From Octopus vulgaris (taxonomy: Eukaryota): 64,000 bases of DNA. Shown piece by piece: positions 13,218 to 25,085 of the stretch. The translations under genes were made by a program, and so were the position numbers. Each line of letters starts with the position of its first letter. The stretch's first letter is position 1. The notes under the pieces are model-generated. The model saw only the letters and a program-made list of their open reading frames with translations. It made no database searches and was not told where the DNA came from. Location: positions 93,124,001-93,188,000 of the forward strand of contig OX597815.1 of assembly GCA_951406725.2 (NCBI GenBank), in the 5' to 3' direction.

Positions 13218-13849
13218 AGATATATATACAGTAGAGACACCTTGTGAGACTATCTAAGATGACAGTTGTTAGAATGCAGCAGTCAACTAGTTTCAGGCAC
13301 ATCTAAATTGTTTGGCTAAATATTTCAAGCACGTTATCTCAAGATAAACATGATATATTTAGTTGGAAATCCTGCAATAAAATTGATAAGAGGTGTAGCT
13401 GTTTCTATATATATGTGTGTGTGTGTGGGTGTGTGTACATGATGATGATGATCATCATTTTACATTCACTTTCCAAGATGATGGGTTGGACAGTTTATCA
13501 AGATTCAAGTTTATTTTATTTGAAGTTACACATGGACCATATTGAGCTTGTAGGCTCCATTCTTTGTCATGGTGTCAAACAGCTGGTCACCTTTCCCAAT
13601 GCTAACCATTTTACAAAGGATACCATGTGCATTTTATTGTAGTATCAGTGCCAGTATGGTTGCCTTGTCTCCTATAAGACTCAAGTGTTCTCATATACTG
13701 TCATCATACATTCAAAACAATGTGACTGAGAAGTCAAACATGAGAGAATGATGACAGAAGAACCAGGAACATGGTAGAGGAAGGAGTAATGGAAGAGACA
13801 CAATGATGGCAGCTACATGTTAGCTGTTGCTAAGGGGATTGAAAAAAAA

Positions 13850-14600
13850 AACAGCACACATCCTCCACAAGCATCATATGCCCATTCAAATGCAGTCTTC
13901 ATTTTTTTTTTTACACTGCTTATGATTCATCTCATATCCAGCTCATTTGTGAGACAAATATCATGTAAATTACATTTCACACTTACCAGGGTATGCAGGC
14001 TTTATTTCTTTCTAGTTTCTATAAATCTCTGCAGTGAAGATCAAGGTTACACAATCTGCCCTTCACTCTAAGAGAGAAATCATTGATCAACAATAACACC
14101 CTGAAACTTTTCCCACTTATTACTTAGACTAGCATCTAGTCCACTGCTAATTAGGTCATCTAAGTAACAATGTATTTTAAGGAGCATCTATTTCATGTGT
14201 ACTCCTGTTATCTGCTCCTACATATCTACCACATATGAAACCTAAATGTTTTGTCATTCCAGTAGATCATTACATCATCTATGCATCTATAATTTATGCT
14301 GAGTATATCATATGGAAATTGTACTTGTTCATTTCCTGTCCATTAAATATAACCATTAGTAAGGTCTTGTCTTCTTTCTTTCTTACTATATCTTTAGTAT
14401 TTACAAAGTTTACTTTGAGACCTTTTGATTCTACGTTTTTATTCAATATCTGAAATCTCTTCTCTAAATCTTCAACTGCATCAGTTTAAAAGTAGATAAT
14501 CAGCACACAAGAATTCCTACAGTTAATTGGTCCTCAGTTATGATCTGGAGGACTACAATAAACAGGAGAAGACTGAAAACTGAGCCCTGTGGCCCCTTCA
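13850..14600 (-). mobile_element. Decayed RTE-like LINE RT fragment
   Basis: Minus-strand PQGSVFSLLLFIVVL and a degraded YADD-like region. Confidence 0.5.
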
Positions 14601-15984
14601 ACCAGCATGCTAAATTCCTTCTTCACCAAACTCACTGTCAACTCTCAACTTTGCTGGTTCACTTCTGTCCAAGACAATCATTTACCCCTAACATAACATA
14701 CATACAAGCACAAACATATTTATCTATTTCTATCTATCTATCTTTCTTTCTTTATGAGTTGAGCTTAATATAGGAGCCATCTTCCAAATTCATTCATATA
14801 GTCATACAATGGAACACTACTCAGATGTTGCACAGTGGGCATGAACCTAAGATCATGTGGTCCTGAAACAAACTTCTTAATCACAAAACTAAGTTTGTGT
14901 CTAAAACTTCTTAACCATACAAGATAGCCATGACTATGCACACACACACACACATACAGATACAAAAATAGATATGTTCAAAACTCATTACAATTTTCCT
15001 CACAAACAGACAAAAACAAAACCCTAACAATATTTATCAGCATCCTTAAATGAGGGGAGATAATTCAAAATATTTTTAATTTCACAGTTGAATTGGTACG
15101 ATGAAGAAAAAAAGGATCTCATTATTCTATGCTATTTCTCCCCAGTCAAGACAATTTGACTGAGAGAACAAATCATAGCTATGAATGCATCCTGGCCTCT
15201 GTTTGACTTCAAAGATTTCTCTGCTTCAGAACAGATAATGTGCATCTAGAATGGACAACAGTGTTACACTGCTGTTGAAAGAAACCCCAAGTAGAAACTC
15301 ACATGCACGCACACACATTTATACATATAAGAATACACACATATATAAGTGCAAGTATGGTCTTGTGGTTAAGAAGTATGTTGTCCAATCATGTGGTTTT
15401 AGAAACTAATAAAATATACAATACTACTTCTTCATTTTCTAACAATGATATACATATTATTTGTATCAATGACTACTGACACTTCATCTCTCTGAAGTTT
15501 CAGCAACCAGATCACACTACTAATATATATCATTATTACGATATTAAAAGATATCAAACTAAAACTGAATAAAATTGTGTACTTTTAAGTGTTACAATGA
15601 CCATGAACATGAAATTGAGAACCAACATGACTTATTTGAGGCCAATTCTCTTGTTAAAGGGTGACAGAGGAATTAACACACACACACCCATCCTCACACA
15701 AGTGCATCTCAGAAAATATGAATATTAACGAAAAATGCAAATTCAAAAAAGTGATTAAATTATGTTGCAGTTATTCTTCCTTTCAGTCTGTAAACATTGT
15801 CAGTAATTTCTAAAATGATTACTGCAGACTAGCAATGTTTACTGTAGATTGTAAGGATACCTGTGCTGCAATCACAGGCAAAAATTCTGATCTAACAGTT
15901 GTCCAAAAGAAAGGAAAACAAAGTTTTCACTGAAAATACTGAATGTTCCCGAAATTTGATATGGAACTCTCTCTCTCTCTCTCA

Positions 15985-16720
15985 GGAATATCATTCGGAT
16001 GAACAAGGTATGAAAGAAAGAGGTGCAATACCATCAAGAAGGATGGCTACAGTCCCAAAAGAGTAGTAAAAAAAATGCTTGTTTCACACATGGAAAAGAT
16101 CCGCAAAAAATGGATAGAGGCAAAGTTAGTTTATCTAAACACCCCATGCACAAACAGCTTCAAGAGATGGAATACAGCAGTGAAGTGCCCAGCACCAAGC
16201 CTCTTCTCAATGATGGGTAAAATTGTAAATGATTCATTTGAATCAGGGAAGCAGGAGTGGCATGTGGAGCAGTAGTTCAAGTTCACTGTGAATAGAATGG
16301 TCTACCAGGAGATTTTGGATCACTTTATCTGACAAGCTATTTGGCAGTGCAAAATTTCTGTTTCAGCACAGCACAATTTGACACCTGCAAAAGAGCTAAA
16401 ACAACCACTAGCTCATTTGTTGATAACCAACATGCTTACTTGACAAGGTAACCCGCCTGACCTGCATCCCAGTTTGTATCCTAGCAATTATGCAGAACAG
16501 AATACTGCTATCAAGACAACTAGGATTTCCTTTGTACCTGAGCAGTGTCACAAGTGGTAGTCAAGTTGTTACCAAACCTCTTGACAAAGTACTAAGTGAC
16601 ATTTTGTAACCATCTTTAAGTCTTTGACTAACTTGCTCTATTGTAATGATATATTTAGGATACTGATATATTACATTCTAATAATTTGAAATATTGGATT
16701 TTTAATGATCACTGAGCGTA
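15985..16720 (+). mobile_element. Decayed Tc1-type transposase relic
   Basis: Fragmentary motifs such as (L)QEMEYSSEVPSTKPLL, VYQEILDHF, FLFQ and NPPDLHP across frames. Confidence 0.5.
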
Positions 16721-16731
16721 AATTTTAAATG

Positions 16732-16765
<34 letters not shown>

Positions 16766-17924
16766 AGAAGATACTGTAGATGAATAAATTTAGATCTAGT
16801 GATCCTAAAATGATAAGATTTTTGATGTTCTGACACCAAAGCAAAAAAAAATAAAATCATCATATTCTAATTTTCAAAGATGCACCAACACACACACACA
16901 CACAAAGTTATGTAGTTATACAGTCACCTGTTTTGATACAGTTAGGTGTACATTTACAAGTTTATTATACAGCTAGATACTGGGTGACTGAGTAAAGATT
17001 AAATGTACCACCCAAATAGGCTGTGGTGAGATTTGAACTCATAATACGAAGAGCTGGAACCAATATCACGAAACATTTGATCTAATATTCTTACAGTCCT
17101 GCCAATCCATTGCCTTTAATTGGAACTCTTTTTTTATCAACCCCAAAAGGGCAAGAGCAAAGCAGACTGCAGTGGGATTTGAACTCAGAGCACAGAGAGT
17201 CAGAACAAATACCACCAGGTATCCTGTCTGATGCTCTAATAATTCTGCAAATTTACCATCTTATACAGCTAGGAGTACAGTCACCTGTCTATTATACAGG
17301 TACACCATTTTGCAGCTATGCGAGTATCAACACTATGTGTATATGTAGCCGATCCACTCTAAAACAAAAATATAAAGTAAACTGTGACTGAAACAAACAG
17401 TAAACTAGATTATTGATTTACAAATATGTCAAGTAGTGAAAGTTGGAATCCTGAAAGATGAGACATTTTAATTAATGAGATCAATGTTAGATAAATATTG
17501 AAGAACTTCAGTAGAGTAGATGGTAGGGGTAATATCATCTGTACAAGTTAAAGATAAAGAAAGAGAGAATACTGAAATATGAAACGTATTTAACACAACA
17601 ATGCTAGATAAATATGGAAGTACTTAAGCAATATCATATTTAGTAACAGAAAGATATTTAAATAACTATATCACCAATGAGTGAAATTGTAATGATTGGT
17701 TATGATGACATCTGAAGTATGTACATATGTGCGTGTGAAAGTGTAAATAATGTATTAAGATGATAATTTACTGAACTCTTAACCTCTCCATGCTTCAATC
17801 TGCTTGATTTTTTGATAGTCACCGTGTGTGTTCTTCCAAGATATGTACAGTTTGGGTTTGAACTACTAATGTTTATTTGTAAACAAATAGAAGAAAACTC
17901 TTAGTTTAGAAATAAAAATTACTA

Positions 17925-19337
17925 CAGTATTTCCTGATTAAATTTGCCCCTTTCTCAAATGACTTTGTCCCTTTCTCAAATGAATTCATCCCTTTAGTAT
18001 TAAAGTCTGATTTAAAACATAATAGTTTAGACATTTTTTACATGCCAAACAAAACATACAAGTATATATCTTAGCAGGATAAAAGATTAATATTGTCTGT
18101 TTCCAGAAACAGCAAAAATTTTAAATCATTGTCCCGCTCCCTTGACATTAACTACAGCACAGCCAAGACAATTGCACAGAAAGATTATTCTCCAAAGAAA
18201 ACAAGTGGGCACCAACAGTGAAAAATCAAGGAAAATCATCAATTTTCGCAAGAATTGATTAATGAGGACCTAAATTTAACTTTGAAAATAATGAGAGAAC
18301 TTTTTACAAGAGAAATTCGATCTGACTGTTTCATTATCAGCTACTGATCGTTATCTTGACAGCCTTGGATACACTCTGAAAATACTAATAATTTGCCCTC
18401 ATGAACGAAATAATGAAAACATAAAAAAGGAGTGATGTTATTACACAAAATGGCTTCAAGATAATGGATTGGCCATTCGATGTGTATATATTGATGAAAC
18501 AAATTACAACATTTGGATTTCAAAGTAAATGATTATTGTATTTGCTAAATACTTGTATAAAATTTTTGTTTACGAAATGTTTTTACAATCCATTTTTTTT
18601 GAAGTTCGATGGGCAGAGCTTACCATGGAGTTCAGGCAATTACTGATTGTTCTTCTACTAAAAGGGCAAATTTAAACATTATTTCCACTATGGATATGTC
18701 AGGTCTTGTCCAATTCGAAACATTTAAAAAGATCACAACTTCTGAATTTAACAGCTTTTTTGTTGCATTTATTATGGACAATGCATGCATCCATAAGCGT
18801 GTCGATTAAATTGATCTCGCACCACAACACATGATTAAATTTCTACCTCCTTATTCCCCAATGTTTAATCCCATTGAGGAAATGTTCAACAAATTGAAAT
18901 CTTTTGTGAAGCAGTATCTACAGAGTCATAAAAATGATCTCTACAACAGACCAGAAAATTTGCCTATGATGATTCATAGAATGAATATTTTAAAAACAGC
19001 AATGTATCTTGCAATGGATTCAATATTTGCTGTAAATTGTGCAATATATGATCGACATCAAATGTTTTTCATCCCACAAGCATTGAATATGAAGGATTTG
19101 TGAAATATTTATGATTACAAGAGTTTCAAAATAAATTAAAATCATTTTAAGTTAGTTTTTTTGTTCATTTTCACTATTCTCGTGCTAAGATACTATTTTG
19201 TATACTTGTTTAAACTTATAGGTGTCTCATTTTTAAATATTTAAGATCTAAATTGGTTTTGATATTGAAGGGATGAATTTCTTTGAGAAAAGGACAAATT
19301 CATTTGAGAAAGGTACAAATTCAATTAGGAAATACTT
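17925..19337 (+). mobile_element. Near full-length defective IS630/Tc1-like (DDE_3) transposon
   Basis: About 70-bp TIRs (CAGTATTTCC.../...GGAAATACTT) with internal CCCTTTCTCAAATGA repeats, TA target-site duplication; transposase motifs YIDETNYN, IMDNACIHK and FLPPYSPMFNPIEE, with stops and frameshifts. Confidence 0.88.
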
Positions 19338-21134
19338 TAGTTCAAATCCAATTTGTGTGTGTGTGTGTGTGTATATCTAGGAATAAAATACCACATGATG
19401 ACTGGAGACAAAACGAAAAGAAATGTAGTGTAGAATGTAAATATACAGTTTGTAAATGAGGTTGTAATCCTATGAACAGTAGCTTCTCTGCAATTTAGAC
19501 ATTTAAAATATATTGATCCTTTCACTGAAATATAATGAATTCTTGGTAGATAAACATTTTGATGGTGGACACTGTATAGTCCTCCTGTATTGTATCATTA
19601 GCACTCCAGTAACAGTGACACTATCATGTGTAATTTTAGTCAGATGCTCAACAAGCTGGCAAAGTAAACACAGCCATAAACAGCTCAACATGATTACTCT
19701 CTGGGAGTGTGTGTGTGTGTGGGGGGGGGTTCACAGCCACATCTGTTTTCTCAGATTGATATTGAATGACCAAGTCTGTGGACAATGGTTCTGAAAGGGT
19801 TATGGCTTACTGTTGAATGAGATAAGACAACTCTATGATGATTGGGAAGGCTGACAATTAACAGATAATGGATAGAATGTGTAGGAGTAGAGAGAATGAT
19901 AAGATTTTGCAATTACAGGGTCAGAAACAGACAGAAAACAGATACACAGCAGTTCCTCAACTAATACAGAGAAGGAAGAGTAGAAAGAAGAGCTGTAATA
20001 AGGGGGAATGTTTTCTTTAGAAATTTCTAAAACCCAAAAGGTCAGATAAAATTATATACACAAGTAGAGAGAGAGAGAAAAAGAGAGAGGAGAGAGAGAA
20101 AAAAGAGAGAGAGAAGCTTGTATGGTGAAAGACATTCCAGTATAAAACAACTTCAAGAAGTAATGTATTTATCCAAAATCTCTAGACATGTTTAATTCAC
20201 ACTAGGTCCTTTGTTAACCCAGGGTCAGATTTAGAGATCTATATAGAGTATAAAACAGATCCATGTCTGAATAACAAAAGATCCACGTCAAAATAGAAAT
20301 GCAAACGGAATCAGGAAATGAAAATTATGTTTATTTTGTTGAGAAAAGAACCATTATAACTGTCTTTTCGGTGTCTGATGAAATGATAGGATTGGGGTAT
20401 TCTATTTAGTTCAAGTTCAGCTATGATGGAAAAGGCCTATAATGAAAGGCATTCCAGCCATAACCATCCTACCCTTTCAGATATCATTTCAGACAACATA
20501 GTCTTCCATTTTTTAAAAATATGATGTAAATTGAGAGATTTGGCTGTTATCTCTAGCAGAACAAACAACCACATAGAAATTTGTTTAAGCATTGGATCAT
20601 TTGACAAAGGGGTAACTGCAAAGGGTTTTATAGTAGTGATTAACAGGGTATGAGGGAAACAAGTATGGAGATATTTTTAATTTTACATATCAAACAAACC
20701 TTGGAAAAAAAGCTTCTAGGAGTTAGCAGTTTTTCATGTTTATGTATGAAGTTGTGAGTCTGTTATGATGTGCATAGGGTAGTTATTTGCATGATAAAAC
20801 TGATAAGATTGAAGTACAATCCATGTGTGTATGTGTGCACTGTGCATAAAGCTAGTTAATGTCTCAGATTACATTCAAGATCTCATGTTCCTCTTATCAT
20901 ATTGCTATTAAACCTCAATTTACCAAGTACTGCTGGTTAGCCTCCAGTTAACATGTTCTAAAAAGAAAACAGTTTCAAACCTGAAATAGAAGTCAATAGA
21001 AGCCAGAGACAGACAGGGGAGAGAACACACATATATACACAGATGGAGAAGAATAGAAATTATACTATACTAGTAACTTAGGGGGAGGAGGATTTATAAT
21101 TCCAAATGAATACAACTAATTTATTGATACTTAC

Positions 21135-21326
21135 TAGCTTTGTATGGCTTTCATCTGATGTTGAAGGCTGGGTTGCAGCAAATGTGTGCTCCTGGATTGC
21201 CATTGGAGGTGGCATTTCAATATCATATGCTGATTCTGGATCCTCTTCACTTGTAACTTCAAGAGCAGACTTCTGGGTAACCATGGCGATTTGAGGTTGG
21301 ATTAGTTCTGTGCTATCAGAGGCCTC
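21135..21326 (-). CDS. TRIO: Trio exon with the PPPMAIQ motif
   Basis: ttccacag| acceptor and CTA|GTAAGT donor; 192 nt, phase 0 to 0: EASDSTELIQPQIAMVTQKSALEVTSEEDPESAYDIEMPPPMAIQEHTFAATQPSTSDESHTKL (compare Trio LPPPMAIQQHSL). Confidence 0.92.
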
Positions 21327-21506
21327 CTGTGGAATAAATAAATAAATAAATAAATAAATGAATAATGATAGACGGTAATTAAATAAACAATCAAAGTGTT
21401 TGCAAACTTAGTGTCCAATGAAATGATCTTGGCTAAATATGTAGTGTCTATACATATTATTTCAGATAGAAGATCTATAATTTTCACAAAGATTCTAATT
21501 TAACAT

Positions 21507-21555
<49 letters not shown>

Positions 21556-21820
21556 TCTAGCAGAAGCAACATTAACACTTATCAAACTTTGATAAGTTTG
21601 GTATGTGCTAACACCTGAAACTCTCAGCCTTTAGTCACTCTGTTGCTTCTGCTAAATATTAATAAAAATAGATAAATAATCATGTTTTAGGTTCTATTTA
21701 TCTTGTATGTACCATCAAACCAATATATATACATGTATATATAATCATCGTTTAATGTCCACTTTCCATACTGGTATGGGTTGGACAGTTTGATTGAGGA
21801 CTGGCAAGCCGGAGGCTGCA

Positions 21821-21861
<41 letters not shown>

Positions 21862-21946
21862 TTAGAGACAAAACCACTATTTTGCAAAACAAACAAGGAA
21901 AGACTTAATCAATACATAAAATTTTAATAAAAAGTCAAAAAAACTG

Positions 21947-21989
21947 CCACTACAATTGTTTCTTGTCTTGATCGACAATCTTCAGGTGG
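21947..21989 (-). ncRNA. Minimal type I hammerhead ribozyme, Penelope type, intact core
   Basis: CCAC-CTGAAGA-TTGTC(GATCAA)GACAA-GAAAC(AATT)GT-A-GTGG: stem I CCAC/GTGG, 5-bp stem II, palindromic stem III ACAATTGT, GUA cleavage triplet. Confidence 0.8.
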
Positions 21990-22044
21990 ACTTCCAATTT
22001 ACAAGTCAGTTTCAAATTATGAAACTGACTTGTAAATTGGAAGT

Positions 22045-22087
22045 CCACCTGAAGATTGTCGATCAAGACAGAAAACAATTGTAGTGG
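22045..22087 (+). ncRNA. Second, inverted hammerhead copy with an altered stem II/GAAA junction
   Basis: CCAC-CTGAAGA-TTGTC-GATCAA-GACAG-AAAAC-AATT-GTA-GTGG on the right arm of the palindrome. Confidence 0.6.
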
Positions 22088-22311
22088 CGGTTTTTTTGAC
22101 TTTTTATTAAAATTTTATGTATTGATTAAGTCTTTCCTTGTTTGTTTTGCAAAATAGTGGTTTTGTCTCTAATAATATTATATAATATTTTACTATAAAA
22201 TTGGATTTAATCCTAAATCTGATTTTTTTCCCTGTAAATTTGGATTTATTCCCTAATATTTATTATTATTATTATATTATTATTATTATTATTATATTAT
22301 TATATTATTAT

Positions 22312-22353
<42 letters not shown>

Positions 22354-22736
22354 CCTTTTACTTGTTTCAGTCATTTGACTGTAGCCATGCTGGAGCACCA
22401 CCTTTAGTCAAACTAATCAACCCCAGGACTTATTCTTTGTAAGCGTAGTACTTATTCTATCAGTCTCTTTTGCTGAACTGCTAAGTTATGGGTACGTAAA
22501 CATATCAACATTGGCTGTCAAGCGATGGTGCAGGGGACAAACACAGATACACAAATACATACATACACATACATATATTCAATGGGCTTCTTTCAGTTTC
22601 CTTCTACCAAACCCACTCCCAAGGCTTTGGTCAGCCTGAGGCTATAGTAGAAGACACTCGCCCAAGGTGCCACGCAGTGGGACTGAACCCAGAACAATGT
22701 GGTTGGGAAGTAAGCTTCTAACCATACAGCCACTCC

Positions 22737-22740
<4 letters not shown>
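22354..22740 (-). mobile_element. Composite tRNA-derived SINE; related copies at 12555-12920 and 36970-37305
   Basis: Minus-strand head GGAGTGGCTGTATGGTTAGAAGC...GGTTCAGTCCCACTGCGTGGCACC with a shared body. Confidence 0.7.
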
Positions 22741-22778
<38 letters not shown>

Positions 22779-24099
22779 TAGAGAGAGAGAGAGAGAGATA
22801 TTTACTTTTAATGAGAACTTGTAACTTTCGTTGAGAAATGTTTATACTTCTCTTAATATACCAGAATATTCTCATTGAACTCTTAACTGAAGTTTTCTCA
22901 CTTGACATTGAAGTGATAGGAGGAATTTATAAAAACAAATGTCTGCATCCTAAGTGATGATGTCATAGTGGTACCATCCATTATTCTGAAGGGTTCTTTA
23001 AGATGATGAATCTTATTTGGCAATATAGTGACTGGTATGTTTTTAGTCACTGACTATTCTCGACCAAGTGATTACTAAATAAATGAATGCAGGAGCAGAA
23101 CTTTTCAAAGAATACAAGCTAATTCTTCAAAAAGTATAGAAACACTTCAATATTGAATAACTATTTAAATACACACCGAGTGCTTCTTCAAGAAATAGGC
23201 TAGTTACTTCAGGAAGTTGACAAGTGAGAAGTGAGATAGTTCTTGAAGAGTTTCAGAGATCATGAAATTCACAGCATGTGTGAGGTTATATGCGTGAAGT
23301 TGAAACATTGAAGTGCCCAATAATGTGGTAATGGAGGGAAAGCTCCTCCTTGGCAGCAGTGTTGTCAGTGTCGTCATCGCCATCAAGATCATCTTAAGAT
23401 CCACTTTTCCATGCTTGTATGGGTTGGACAGAGTTTATTTGAGGCAAATTTTTTCTACGGCTGGTGCCTTTCCTGTCACTAACCCTCACCTGTTTCCAAG
23501 CAAGGAAATATTTCCCTATGGCCAAACATGCCTTTGCAGTATACTGGAAATGAACGACACTGCTTGTATGACTGTGATACTCACAACTATCATGTGATGT
23601 CAAGACAAGGAGATATATATTATATATTCTTTTCATTATTATAATTTTCTTCATTCCTACATATTATTAATTTATATGTATGCTTATAGGCATAAGTCAC
23701 ATTTGAATTTAGTTTTGTAAATTTTTAATTTTTAATTAATTAAATTATGGCTTGCACGGCAAGGTTCAGCAAATTTATTTGCACACCTGCATGTTTGTCT
23801 GCTAGTTACATTCGTAACTGATAAAATATAAAAATATAGGAATAGTTATAGAATTATAAAAAGTTATGAATAGTCCTGATGATTGGGGTTGCAGTTAAGA
23901 CATGTTTCTGAAAAAAACTGAGGGTCTCAAGAACATTAAATGCACCTCATGAAACAAGTGTAAAAGAGAAATTTGGAACTGAAATAGTAAGCATTAAAAT
24001 AAAATTCTATGATATGGTATGATGTATATTAGGATTTGATGAATTGCATGGGGACTTCTACCTCTAAATAACATATATATATATATATATATATATATA

Positions 24100-24340
24100 C
24101 TGTTGTGTCTGGGGAGAGTCATTCTCTTTTAGTGCCTTATTATTTAACACTAACCAGTAAAATTTCCACTTCTTTCTTTCTTCTTTTTCTTTTTAAAATA
24201 AGAAATAAGTGGAAATTTTACCGGTGAGTGTGTTAAATAATAAGGCACTAAAAGAGAATGACTCTCCCCAGACACAACAGAATATGCTTCAACACATGAA
24301 CTCATATAAAGAATCTTGCAAACCAAATCCCAAAACGAAA
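24100..24340. mobile_element. Fold-back insertion in (TA)n, likely a PLE end
   Basis: About 75-bp inverted arms within 24100-24280 plus a 60-bp unique tail, with (TA)n on both sides. Confidence 0.55.
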
Positions 24341-24726
24341 TATATATATATATATATATACATGTATATATATATATACAGACCTAGCTCCTATACAGTA
24401 AGAAAATCGTTCTGTTTTGGCCTCTTCTTTCATACTTTAAAGTCACCCTCTCTCTCTCTACTGTAGCCCCACTCAACTGATAGGGATTTTAGTCTTGTGA
24501 GCTATATGATGACCTCACTTGTGCTGGTGATATTGATTGCATAAATGAATACTAGTGAAAAAAATGAAATGCTCAGACAAACTTGCAAGATAAATAGTTT
24601 CTTCTCTGAGGAAGGCAATGCCACAAATCCCTGAAGATCACCAAAGCAGAGAAGGAAAATCACAATCTTCATATCTATAGTCTGAGAAAGTTATTTGTTT
24701 TGAATGGTTTATAGGACAACGGGAGA

Positions 24727-24815
24727 GTTTAATAGACTAAGTAAAATATTAATGAGGGGAAAGCACTATGTTTAATAGAGTAAGTAAAACATTAATGAGG
24801 GGAAAGCACTATGTT
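24727..24815. repeat. 43-bp tandem duplication
   Basis: GTTTAATAGA.TAAGTAAAA.ATTAATGAGGGGAAAGCACTAT occurs twice. Confidence 0.85.
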
Positions 24816-24866
24816 GATAGATTCTTCCTTTATGTCAAAAAAAGGAGAATAGTGTGTAGTGTTTAA

Positions 24867-25085
24867 CTCTGTTGGTACCAACCTGCCTAAAACCACCTCA
24901 GATTCTATGACATAAACTTACTGTTTTAAAGTGGTCTAAATTATAATCTTCCATCAAAATTTTATGCTAAACTGTTCAGGCCCCAGCATAATAATTAAAA
25001 AGTTATTTTATAAAATTCTTCATTACTTTAGAAATTGACTGAACTAAAGGCAGCATATGTTAACAGAAATATGGTAACAAAAGGG
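24867..25085. mobile_element. Degenerate piggyBac-like MITE (related inverted copy at about 26000-26220)
   Basis: TTAA-CTCTGTTGGTACC ... GGTAACAAAAGGG-TTGA; the reverse complement resembles the sequence from 26000 onward. Confidence 0.5.

Larger units (their letters stand above)
21850..22260. mobile_element. Penelope-like pLTR fold-back insertion in (TA)n
   Basis: About 165-bp near-perfect inverted arms (21850-22184, centre near 22017), a unique 3' tail, flanking (TA)n/(TAT)n and hammerhead motifs. Confidence 0.75.

Noticed and set aside
22850-23310. Possible decayed DNA-transposon coding relic
   Set aside because: No diagnostic motif or termini could be read with confidence.
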